Positions 40,194-48,646 of a stretch of 64,000 bases of DNA are shown one piece after another; the first letter of the stretch is position 1; every line of letters starts with the position of its first letter. The DNA is taken from assembly GCA_038227875.1 (NCBI GenBank), contig JBBRPR010000015.1, forward strand, positions 32,001 to 96,000. Direction: 5' to 3'. A program made the translations under genes and the position numbers. The DNA is from Planctomycetota bacterium. GTDB lineage: Bacteria; Planctomycetota; SZUA-567; H5-PLA8. A model generated the notes under the pieces. That model was given only the letters and a program-made list of their open reading frames with translations, searched no databases and was not told the DNA's origin.

Positions 40194-41372
40194 ATGGCTT
40201 TGAAGGCGCGCCGCCCGATCGTCAAGAAGGCACCTGGTGAAGTTCAGAAGGCAGGATTGTTCACAGGCATCGCTCAGAACGGTGCCGCCCGGCAGAAGCG
40301 CGCTCACGCGCTGGCCGAAGAACTGCTGGCCCGCGGATGTCTCTACATCCAGAGCCAGGTGTGGGACGAAGCCGCGCGCGAGTTCCGCAAAGCGATCAAG
40401 ATGGAAGAAGATTACGCCGAGGCGTACAACAATCTCGGCCTGGCGATGCTCTACGCTAACAAGCCTTCGGAAGCGGTGGAAGCGCTCGAAACAGCGCTGA
40501 ATCTCTTCCCGAACTGGCACATCGCCGAAGTCAATCTGGCTCTGGCGCTGCAGCGCGTCAACCGCCTTGAAGAAGCCTGCGAATACTACCGCAAGGCGCT
40601 GAAGAAGAAGAACGCGCAGCCGACCGTCTGGTTGGCGCTCGGCGATACGCTGATGAGCTTGAACAAGACCGACGAAGCGCTCGAAGCGTTCAACACCGCC
40701 GTCGAACTGAATCCGAAGTACGACATTGCCTTCCACCGCATCGGCATGATCAATGCCAAGCGCAACAACATCGACGAAGCTCAGGCCGCGCTGACGAAAG
40801 CGCTGGCGATCGATCCTGACAACGCCGACGCGGCCGCGGTGCTGGGCGCCATCTCCGCGCGCCAGGGCGAACTGAACTCCGCACGCGATTACTTCGCGCA
40901 GGTCCAGGACCTCGATCCAATGCCGGCAGTCGCGCGCCGCGGCATGCACCGCCTGCAGGTTTTCCGGCAGGGCTTGCGCACCGCGTTCGACGAATGGAAG
41001 ACGGGGATGCCCCAGCCGCCGACGCTGGCGGTCTGTTATTATAATCTCGGCTTGGCGCAGTTGGCCGCCGAAAACGATCATGAAGCGAAGGAAGCGTTCC
41101 AGCGCGCGGCCGACCTACAGCCGGATTGGGCGGAGCCTGTAATCTGGTTCGGCTTCTTCGCGGCGCTCGACGGCGACGCCAATTCCGCGCGCAAGTACTG
41201 GGAAAGCGCGGTCAATCTCGAACCCGAAAACGGCATGCTCCGCGAACAGCTCGGCTACCTGGCCATCGCCATGGGCCTGCAGAAGGAAGCCGACGCGCAC
41301 TTCCAGGCCGCGATCGATCTGGGCCGCGAGATTCCGGAAGAAGACCTCAAACCGGATGCGAATGCTGGATAA
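40194..41372 (+). CDS. Tetratricopeptide repeat protein
   Basis: Repeated TPR units (AEAYNNLGLA, WLALGDTL, YYNLGLA). Confidence 0.9.
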   Translation: MALKARRPIVKKAPGEVQKAGLFTGIAQNGAARQKRAHALAEELLARGCLYIQSQVWDEAAREFRKAIKMEEDYAEAYNNLGLAMLYANKPSEAVEALETALNLFPNWHIAEVNLALALQRVNRLEEACEYYRKALKKKNAQPTVWLALGDTLMSLNKTDEALEAFNTAVELNPKYDIAFHRIGMINAKRNNIDEAQAALTKALAIDPDNADAAAVLGAISARQGELNSARDYFAQVQDLDPMPAVARRGMHRLQVFRQGLRTAFDEWKTGMPQPPTLAVCYYNLGLAQLAAENDHEAKEAFQRAADLQPDWAEPVIWFGFFAALDGDANSARKYWESAVNLEPENGMLREQLGYLAIAMGLQKEADAHFQAAIDLGREIPEEDLKPDANAG

Positions 41373-41473
41373 CGGAGCCATTGGTCATCGGGCATTGGTC
41401 ATGTTTCATTTGTCATTTTTAACGGCAACGGCAACAACGTTCCGCCAAAGGCGGGGCGCGGGATCTGAGCGAT

Positions 41474-41627
41474 GTGTCAAGGAGCAAGCGGCTGTTTGCT
41501 TGCTCCTTGCTTAGATCATCGAACACGGGAAGGACGCTGCTCTCCGATCCATTTAATCGAACCGCTTGCGCGTAAGACGCGAGCGTCACAGCAAGGAGCA
41601 AGCATAGGGCCGCTTGCTCCTTGACAC
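41474..41627. repeat. REP-doublet / MITE-like element, copy 2
   Basis: Same inverted arms as 29301-29453, near-equal length (154 vs 153 bp), and shared spacer segment AACCGCTTGCGCG..CGAGCGT.ACAGC. Confidence 0.85.
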
Positions 41628-41688
41628 ACAGGTTTGCTTGAACGCTTCACTCGTCAATGCATAAAGGCTCGCGACAATTGTTTCGTTT

Positions 41689-42354
41689 ATGAAAACCCGC
41701 GCGCCGTCTCCTCAAAAAATTGAGCAAGCCAAACGCGTCGATGCGCTGTTGAACGCGTCGTATCCGAACGCCAAGTGCGCGCTCATTTATTCCAATCCGC
41801 TGCAACTGTTGATCGCGACGATTCTCTCCGCGCAGTGCACGGACGCGCGGGTCAACATGGTTACTCCGATCCTTTTCGCGAAGTATTCCAACGCGAAGGC
41901 GTTTGCGGATGCGACTCAGGGCGAGATCGAGAAGGTCGTGCAGTCGACGGGATTCTTTCGGAGCAAAGCGCGTTCAATCCGCGAAGCGTGCCGGGACATT
42001 GTCGAGAAGCATGGCGGCGAGGTCCCGCGGACGATGGATGAACTCTTCGCGCTGCGCGGCGTCGGGCGGAAGACGGCGAACGTAGTTTTGGGCAACGCGT
42101 TCGGGACGCCCGGGATGGTCGTCGACACGCACATTGGCCGAGTCTCGCGACGACTGGGCCTGACCAAGCAGACCGACCCGGTGAAAGTGGAGGCCGAGTT
42201 AATGAAGCTCGTCCCGCCGGACCGCTGGACGCAACTGGGGCACGAAATGATTCTCCACGGCCGCAAACACTGCAAAGCGCCGACGCCGCGCTGCGGTGGG
42301 TGCCCGTTGTTGGAGATCTGTCCGTATTCAAAGAAAAACCTTGTCGCGCCGTAG
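41689..42354 (+). CDS. nth: Endonuclease III
   Basis: LLIATILSAQCTDARVN, HhH LRGVGRKTANVVL, VDTH and C-X6-C-X2-C-X5-C. Confidence 0.97.
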   Translation: MKTRAPSPQKIEQAKRVDALLNASYPNAKCALIYSNPLQLLIATILSAQCTDARVNMVTPILFAKYSNAKAFADATQGEIEKVVQSTGFFRSKARSIREACRDIVEKHGGEVPRTMDELFALRGVGRKTANVVLGNAFGTPGMVVDTHIGRVSRRLGLTKQTDPVKVEAELMKLVPPDRWTQLGHEMILHGRKHCKAPTPRCGGCPLLEICPYSKKNLVAP

Positions 42355-42359
42355 TTTTT

Positions 42360-42462
42360 AACGGCGGGATTCGGGATTTGGGATTCGTCGCGCGTCCGTG
42401 TTCGGCGAATCCCGAATCCCGATTCCCGTTGTTCTTTTCGTCTTTGCGGCTTTGCGTGAGAT
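42360..42462. repeat. Truncated copy of the 31898-32052 element
   Basis: Shares AACGGCGGGA, inverted GGGATTC heptamers and TCTTTGCGGCTTTGCGTGAGATAAAAAAC; the left terminal repeat is missing. Confidence 0.8.
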
Positions 42463-42530
42463 AAAAAACGCAATTTTCCCGCGCACTTCCTCCCACAACA
42501 ACGTTCTAATCATCGTGAGGTTACTTCGCG

Positions 42531-43184
42531 ATGCTTGAATCGAATGCTATCAGTGCTTCCAATATCAGCTTGGCGCCTGCTCGGAGTGAGCCCGAGGTGG
42601 TGGTAACTGCTAAGCCTGTAGAGAGTTGCAGTGACGAGGTGCTGGTGTCTCGCAGTCGTAAGGGCGAGCGAGCGGCGTTTGAGGAACTGGTGCGCCGTAC
42701 GAGCAGATTGATTTACGCGCATCTGCTACTGGAGCTCGGCGACACGCATCGCGCGGAAGATTTGACGCAGGAGACGTATCTAAACGCGTACCGGGCGATC
42801 GGGCAGATGACCGACGCGGCCGGATTTCGCGCGTGGTTGTTGAAGATCGCGCATTCGGTTCTGGTCGATCACCTGCGGCGAACCGGCCGCAAGAAGCGTG
42901 CGGGAAAACATGCGGCGCCAGAGATGCTGGAGCAGGTTCCAGACGACGCGTCGGTGGATCCCGCGGCGCAGAGCGAATTGTCGGAAGCGCGTGCGCGGGC
43001 GCTGGAGTTGCTCCGCACGCTGCCGGAAGAGTACCGCCAGCCGTTGATGCTGCGGTACCTGGGCGGCGCGGATTACGAGACGATCGGCAAACAACTTGGA
43101 CTCACCAGCGGATCGCTGCGCGGCCTCCTCAGCCGGGGCCTGGCGCTGCTTCGAGCCGAATTTTTTAAGGAAAGCAAATCATGA
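42531..43184 (+). CDS. ECF sigma factor
   Basis: AFEELVRR, AEDLTQETY, FRAWLLKIA, LPEEYRQPLMLRY and YETIGKQLG. Confidence 0.93.
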   Translation: MLESNAISASNISLAPARSEPEVVVTAKPVESCSDEVLVSRSRKGERAAFEELVRRTSRLIYAHLLLELGDTHRAEDLTQETYLNAYRAIGQMTDAAGFRAWLLKIAHSVLVDHLRRTGRKKRAGKHAAPEMLEQVPDDASVDPAAQSELSEARARALELLRTLPEEYRQPLMLRYLGGADYETIGKQLGLTSGSLRGLLSRGLALLRAEFFKESKS

Positions 43185-46100
43185 AGAAGTCTGAACAGGA
43201 TTCCGATCACGCGTGGTTCAAGGAGCGCATCGGCGCGTTTGTCGTCGGAGCGCTGGAAGCCGACGAATCCGAACGCTTCAGTGCACACCGCACCGATTGC
43301 CCCGAATGCGCGACGCGTTTGGAGAAAATCGAACGCACGGACAAGGCGATGCAGGATGCCTTCGCCGGCATGCAGCCGGGCGGGCACATGGATGCCCGGA
43401 TCATTCAAGCTCTGCGCAAAGAAGACGCGAAGCGCTCGCGCTTTTCGCCTTTTTTTAGAAACGCCGCAGCCGCGTGCGCGGCGTTGGTGATGTGCGGAGC
43501 GATGGGGTATGTGATCGATGGGATGCAACGAGGGAAGTTTGATCATAAAGGTGATACTGTTGTGATGGTGACGGAGTTGGCGCGGCAAAAGGAAAAGCTG
43601 GAGACGACACCAACGGCTCCGGCGATTCCAAAGGCGGGTTACGTGTTTACGCCGACATCGCGGGCTCCGACTGATGCAAAATCTCAAATGACCTTGGGCT
43701 TTGCCGCAAATGCAGATCCGGGCAAGTGGGATAGCTCGGGCCGCGATCAGTTTGTCATCAACAACAACGGAACGATTTTTCAGAAAGAAGGTGCGGCGAT
43801 CAAGACGCCGGATGAAATGGCGCGCGACTTCAACGAGAAAATAACTTTGGGTGGGATCGGAAATGCTCGGACGCGTGATGTATCCGGGAAGGACGCGATA
43901 AATATGAACGACGTCAACGACGTGGTCGTTCCGTCAGACGTTCTCGCCAAGGCCGAACTGGGCGATCACTTCGAAACAATTGATCCAGACAAACCGGATT
44001 CGCATACCGCACAGGGGAATCCCGACGCTCTAACGTTCCACAGTGTAGCGGGAAAAGAGATAGCTGGCGGTGGCGGTTCGGATGGCTTGCGCATGGAGGA
44101 CATCATTGGCGTCGGTGGCCAGGCGAGTCCGGGCACCGGGGGCGGATGGGGTGGGGGAAGTGCAAGTTATGCGGACTTTACTTCACGAAACGGCGGCGGT
44201 CGCAAGCTGATGGTTAAGCGTCAACACGGTAGTGAGGATGTTGAAAAGAAGACAGATTCTTCCGTCTATTACACTTATCAGGATCAACAAAAGAATGCCG
44301 GCGAAGGTCAACAAGCGCAACAGGGCCAGCGCTTCAAGCCCACGGATCTGAATGCGAAGAAGGTGGTCGAAGATTCGGAAGCCAAGCGCCCTGCCGCCAA
44401 GACCGATCCAAAATCTTCTGCTGGTAAGCCGGTGGAGACCAAGGCCGACGGCGAGCAGCCGAAGAACGATCCGGCACCATCGCCCGCGCTGACCGCTGAA
44501 AAGGCCGCGCCGCGCTTCATCATCCGCAATGGCGAAATGGAATTCGAAGTCGACAGCTTCGACAGCGCGTACGTGCAGATCAGCAAAATCGCCGCGGAAG
44601 AAAGCGGCCTGATCGCGACGACCAACTCCGAGAAACTCGCCAACGGCAAAGTTCGCGGTTCGATCACGCTGCGCGTGCCGCCAGAGCACCTCGACGTCCT
44701 CGTCCTGAAACTCCGTGCGCTCGGCGAACTCAAGAATCAGCGCATCACCTCGCAGGACGTCTCGAAGCTGTACACCGACACAGAAAGCGAACTGCGCGCC
44801 GGCCGTGCGATGGAAGTGCGCCTGCTGGAAATGATCAAGACCGGTAAGGGCGACGTCTCCGATCTGCTCAAGGCCGAGAAGGAACTGGGCGTCTGGCGCG
44901 AGAAAATCGAGAAATTGGAAGGCGAGATCCGCTACTACAACAATCTCATTTCGCTCTCGACGCTGACGTTGACGCTCTCTGAGCGCGACATCAAGACGCC
45001 GACCTCGGCGACCGAACAGCAGACGGTCAACATGGGCATCGAGATCGACGACGTTGAGAAGGCGTACAACGACGCGCTGAAGGCGATCTCCGAACTCAAA
45101 GGGCGCGTGACGGCGTCCGAACTGAAGAAATACGAAGCCGGCCAGTTCGGCGCGTCGATCACCTGCTCGATCACGCCGGAAGCGGCGGGCCCGCTCCAGG
45201 ACCGCTTGAAGCAGCTGGGCCGCGTGGCACGGTTGAACGTCGAACACAAGCAGACGACGCTGGGCGGAACGGGTGCGCCGGCAGTGAAAGTGGAGCGCAA
45301 AGAGACGGAGTTCGTGATCTCGATCTACAATCTGGCCAACGTCGCGCCGCGGCTGACGCACCATATCAACCTCGCCGCTGCCGATCCGGAAGTCGCCTTC
45401 CAGGCGATTCTGGCGAGCATCGAAAAAGCCGGCGGCCGCGTCGTGACCTCGGCGCTCAACCGCGACAAGCCAGAGCAGACCACCGCGAATTTGAGCTTTG
45501 AAGTCAAGCGCGCTGACGTCGACGCGGTGCTCACCGCGGTCAAGAGCGGCGGTGAAGTGATGCAGCTCAATCGGACCGAAAACCCCGACACCAATAACGT
45601 TACGGAAGTGAAGGAAGGCTTTGTCGTGCAGATCTTCGCGCAGAGCCAGGTGCCGCCGCGAGAAAGCGCTCAGTTGCAGGTCGCGACGCTGCAGGTTGCG
45701 GAGTCCTACAGGAAACTGGCCGACGCGGTGCTCGCCGCGAAGGGACGCGTGCTGGTCTCGCAGCTCGATGAGAAGGACCGCCAGAACGTGGTCGGCCGCC
45801 TCGAATTCGAAATCGCGCGCACGGAAGTTCAGGCCATCGAAAAGCTGATCGGCACGCTGGGCGATCTGAATTCGAACGCCGTGCAGCGTTCGCCCGACAC
45901 GACCAGCACCATCGACAGCAAGAAACGCTACGACCTCACGCTCTTCAACGCCGAACGCCTGGCTCCGCGCGAGACCACGACGCTGGCGATTGAGCTCAAC
46001 GATGTCGACAAAGCCGCAACGGAGATCGCCGCACTGGCAGTGACCGCCAACGGCCGCACGATCGAATCCCACGTCTCGAAAGACCGCAGTGGCCGCGTGG

Positions 46101-46444
46101 TGGGGAAAGTGATCATCGACGTTCCGATGAGCAAGGGTGCGGAAACCGTCAGCGCCATCCGCGGGCTCGGCACGCTGCGCATGATCGAAGCCTCGCGCAA
46201 TTCGCAGGTTCCCGAAGGCCAGCTCACCCGCGCGCGCATCGACATTACGCTGGCCAACGCCGACTCCATCGTCCCCGACGACAAAGGCCTCTCGACGACG
46301 CTCCGCGGTTCGATCTCGACGACGGTGACGGGACTGCTCTGGAGTTTGCAGCTCATCATTGTCGGCCTCTGCTTCGTCGGACCGTGGGCGCTGATCATCT
46401 GGTTGGTGGTCCGCTGGTATCGGAAGTCGGCGGCGAAGGCGTAG
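43181..46444 (+). CDS. Putative anti-sigma factor: zf-HC2, TM, linker, DUF4349 and four further repeats, C-terminal TM
   Basis: ATGA overlap with the sigma gene; HRTDCPEC; IIRNGEMEFEV...ITLRVP...QDVSKLYTD...IEKLEG. Confidence 0.8.
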   Translation: MKKSEQDSDHAWFKERIGAFVVGALEADESERFSAHRTDCPECATRLEKIERTDKAMQDAFAGMQPGGHMDARIIQALRKEDAKRSRFSPFFRNAAAACAALVMCGAMGYVIDGMQRGKFDHKGDTVVMVTELARQKEKLETTPTAPAIPKAGYVFTPTSRAPTDAKSQMTLGFAANADPGKWDSSGRDQFVINNNGTIFQKEGAAIKTPDEMARDFNEKITLGGIGNARTRDVSGKDAINMNDVNDVVVPSDVLAKAELGDHFETIDPDKPDSHTAQGNPDALTFHSVAGKEIAGGGGSDGLRMEDIIGVGGQASPGTGGGWGGGSASYADFTSRNGGGRKLMVKRQHGSEDVEKKTDSSVYYTYQDQQKNAGEGQQAQQGQRFKPTDLNAKKVVEDSEAKRPAAKTDPKSSAGKPVETKADGEQPKNDPAPSPALTAEKAAPRFIIRNGEMEFEVDSFDSAYVQISKIAAEESGLIATTNSEKLANGKVRGSITLRVPPEHLDVLVLKLRALGELKNQRITSQDVSKLYTDTESELRAGRAMEVRLLEMIKTGKGDVSDLLKAEKELGVWREKIEKLEGEIRYYNNLISLSTLTLTLSERDIKTPTSATEQQTVNMGIEIDDVEKAYNDALKAISELKGRVTASELKKYEAGQFGASITCSITPEAAGPLQDRLKQLGRVARLNVEHKQTTLGGTGAPAVKVERKETEFVISIYNLANVAPRLTHHINLAAADPEVAFQAILASIEKAGGRVVTSALNRDKPEQTTANLSFEVKRADVDAVLTAVKSGGEVMQLNRTENPDTNNVTEVKEGFVVQIFAQSQVPPRESAQLQVATLQVAESYRKLADAVLAAKGRVLVSQLDEKDRQNVVGRLEFEIARTEVQAIEKLIGTLGDLNSNAVQRSPDTTSTIDSKKRYDLTLFNAERLAPRETTTLAIELNDVDKAATEIAALAVTANGRTIESHVSKDRSGRVVGKVIIDVPMSKGAETVSAIRGLGTLRMIEASRNSQVPEGQLTRARIDITLANADSIVPDDKGLSTTLRGSISTTVTGLLWSLQLIIVGLCFVGPWALIIWLVVRWYRKSAAKA

Positions 46445-46569
46445 AGTGGCTCGTGGCTCTTGGTGGTCCTGTCGGGCTAGTATTGGTGCCAGTGGCGCCA
46501 AGTTATCCCGAAGGGACTTCCAAGAGCCACCCCTCTTGCAACTGACCTCGCAGTCTCTACTCTAAGTCC

Positions 46570-47169
46570 ATGTCTTCTCCATCTGCTCCATCTTCCCCAC
46601 TCACTCGCGGCGCGATCATTCTCTGTGGTGGGGAATCGTCGCGCATGGGGTCGCCCAAGGCGCTCTTGCTGTGGCGCGGGGTGCCGATGATTTCACACGT
46701 CGTCGGCGTGGTCTCGACAGTGGTTCCCGAAATCGTCGTGGTGTCCAGCGCCGGGCTGAAACTTCCGGCGCTGCCGGCGCACGTTCGAGTCATCTACGAC
46801 AGTGAGCCGGGCCGCGGGCCGCTGGCTTCGTTGCGTGACGGACTGAACTCGATCCGCGCGGAACTGGCGTTTGCGACGAGCACCGACGCGCCGTTTTTGT
46901 CGGCGGCATTCATCGAAACGATGCTCTCCTTTGGCGGCGCGGCGGCACCGGAGATCGATGGATTTCTTCAGCCGCTGGCGGCGACGTATCCGAAGTCACT
47001 GAGCGGACTGGCGACATCGCTACTCGCCGAGCCACGCGCGGGGCTCACGGATCTGCTGAAGCGCGCGAACGCCCGGCGCGTGCAGGCGACGGAACTGCCG
47101 GATCTAAAGTCGCTCCAGACGTTTAACACGCCCGACGAATATCGCGCGGCGCTGGAAGCAGCGGGATGA
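46570..47169 (+). CDS. mobA: Molybdenum cofactor guanylyltransferase
   Basis: IILCGGESSRMGSPKA, GRGPL, TDAPF, QPLAATY and NTPDEY. Confidence 0.88.
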   Translation: MSSPSAPSSPLTRGAIILCGGESSRMGSPKALLLWRGVPMISHVVGVVSTVVPEIVVVSSAGLKLPALPAHVRVIYDSEPGRGPLASLRDGLNSIRAELAFATSTDAPFLSAAFIETMLSFGGAAAPEIDGFLQPLAATYPKSLSGLATSLLAEPRAGLTDLLKRANARRVQATELPDLKSLQTFNTPDEYRAALEAAG

Positions 47170-47211
47170 AGTGGACTTTTCTAAAATCTCTATTAAATTG
47201 CTGAATAGAGT

Positions 47212-47256
47212 TTGACAACCGCGGCGGGAATGGTATTAATCTACCAACCCGATAGG
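47212..47256 (+). promoter_or_regulatory. Sigma70-type promoter and candidate Rrf2 box upstream of the Rrf2 gene
   Basis: TTGACA 47212-47217, TG-n-TATTAA 47231-47239, followed by CTACCAACCCGATAGG. Confidence 0.6.
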
Positions 47257-47267
47257 GTAAGTAGTAT

Positions 47268-47723
47268 ATGTTGTCGAAGAAAACGCAGTACGCGCTAAGA
47301 GCGATGATCTCTCTGGCGCATGAACAGCCAGGCCAACCGATCATGATCGCGGCGCTGGCGGAGAAGGAACAGATTCCCAAGAAGTTTTTGGAGCTGATCC
47401 TGCTCGACCTGAAGAGTATCGGGGTGGTTCAAAGTAAGAAGGGCAAGCAGGGCGGGTACTACCTAAGTCGAAAGCCTGCTGAGATTAAGCTCGGCCATAT
47501 CATGCGGGGAATCGAAGGACCGCTGGCGCTGTTGCCCTGCGTCAGTTTGACGGCATACGAACGCTGTGAAGGGTGCAAGGACGAACGGACCTGCGGATTG
47601 AGGTTGGTCATGAAAGACGTGCGAGACCAGACCGCAAAGATCTTGGACAACACCAGCTTGGCGGACGTGATGGATCGAGTCGAAGCAGAGAAGTCAAAGC
47701 CGGACATGATGTTCCACATCTAA
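47268..47723 (+). CDS. Rrf2 family transcriptional regulator with four Cys
   Basis: MLSKKTQYALRA, IPKKFLELIL, SKKGKQGGYYL and PCVSLTAYERCEGCKDERTC. Confidence 0.95.
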   Translation: MLSKKTQYALRAMISLAHEQPGQPIMIAALAEKEQIPKKFLELILLDLKSIGVVQSKKGKQGGYYLSRKPAEIKLGHIMRGIEGPLALLPCVSLTAYERCEGCKDERTCGLRLVMKDVRDQTAKILDNTSLADVMDRVEAEKSKPDMMFHI

Positions 47724-47780
47724 TTTTTTTAACACATAAGACGACTAAAACTATAGGCATAATAGTTAAGGATGAGACCC

Positions 47781-47969
47781 ATGAGTGCCACCAACGGACA
47801 TGCGATACACGAAAGCAAGAACGTCGACGAGCCGCTGGAGATCGTCCGTCGCGCGCTGCAAGGACTGCGCTTCGGATCCATCGAGATCATTGTTCACGAC
47901 TCGCGCGTCGTGCAGGTCGAGCGCAAAGAAAAGGTGCGCTTGGTCTCGGACGCGCCGGGACGGAGATAG
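47781..47969 (+). CDS. YezD/OscA (DUF2292) family small protein
   Basis: ALQGLRFGSIEIIVHDSRVVQVERKEKVR signature; sulfur-uptake context. Confidence 0.92.
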   Translation: MSATNGHAIHESKNVDEPLEIVRRALQGLRFGSIEIIVHDSRVVQVERKEKVRLVSDAPGRR

Positions 47970-48043
47970 AAACGTGTTTTCCCCGGGGACCAATTGGTCC
48001 CCAGGTTAAACAGCGCTGCCTCCCTTATTAGAGGCAGCTTGGA

Positions 48044-48109
48044 GCTGACTGCGATGACAGAAGCATTTAACGAATGGACTCAAGTAAGCCGACCCGTGCG
48101 CGGAGGTTT
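48044..48109 (+). ncRNA. Two tandem candidate cis-regulatory RNA hairpins with a GA/A internal loop
   Basis: GCT-GA-CTG-cgatga-CAG-A-AGC (48044-48064) and AAGCC-GA-CC-cgtgcgc-GG-A-GGTTT (48086-48109). Confidence 0.5.
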
Positions 48110-48131
48110 GCGAACAGAGGAACGCAAACGT

Positions 48132-48551
48132 ATGAGCCAGTCATCTGAAATCGTACGCGTGTTTGGAGCGCGTGTAAATCCGGCGGTCATGGTTGTGGAA
48201 GCGGACACCGACACTCCGCATTCCCTGACGCAGACCTTGAAGGCGCGCGGCTTCCGCGTGGCGCTGGCGCAATCGGTGCGCGAAGCCGAAGAGATGCTCC
48301 ACGATCTGCGCGACCTGCACCTGCCGGTGGACGGGTTGCTGGCCGACTACCGGCTGAGCGACGGATTCGGCTGCCGGATTCTGCGCCGCTTCCAGGACGA
48401 ATTTCCGAATCTGCCGGCCGCGGTGATGGTCGACGGTGAAGACGTCAGCATCGAATTGTGGGCGCGCTCGCGCAACATTCTGCTGCTGCGAAAACCGCTG
48501 GCACTGCCGGCGTTGAGTCCCTGGCTGGAGCAACTACCCGTTCCGGCCTGA
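48132..48551 (+). CDS. Single-domain response regulator receiver-like protein
   Basis: VMVVEAD, LLADYRLSDGFG and LRKPL. Confidence 0.82.
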   Translation: MSQSSEIVRVFGARVNPAVMVVEADTDTPHSLTQTLKARGFRVALAQSVREAEEMLHDLRDLHLPVDGLLADYRLSDGFGCRILRRFQDEFPNLPAAVMVDGEDVSIELWARSRNILLLRKPLALPALSPWLEQLPVPA

Positions 48552-48560
48552 TGCAAAAAC

Positions 48561-48583
48561 GCCGACCGCCAATGCACGGAGGC
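48561..48583 (+). ncRNA. Candidate GA/A internal-loop hairpin, copy 3
   Basis: GCC-GA-CCG-ccaatgca-CGG-A-GGC. Confidence 0.5.
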
Positions 48584-48646
48584 TCAAAACAAATTTTCCG
48601 AAGGCCACCAGACTGCTGGGCTTTCGCAGGGAGAGGGGAAACCGAC

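Noticed and set aside
44183..46501. 772-aa minus-strand ORF, and similar long antisense ORFs such as 59482-61008 and 10200-11429
   Set aside because: Antisense shadows of well-supported genes, expected with high-GC codon bias.
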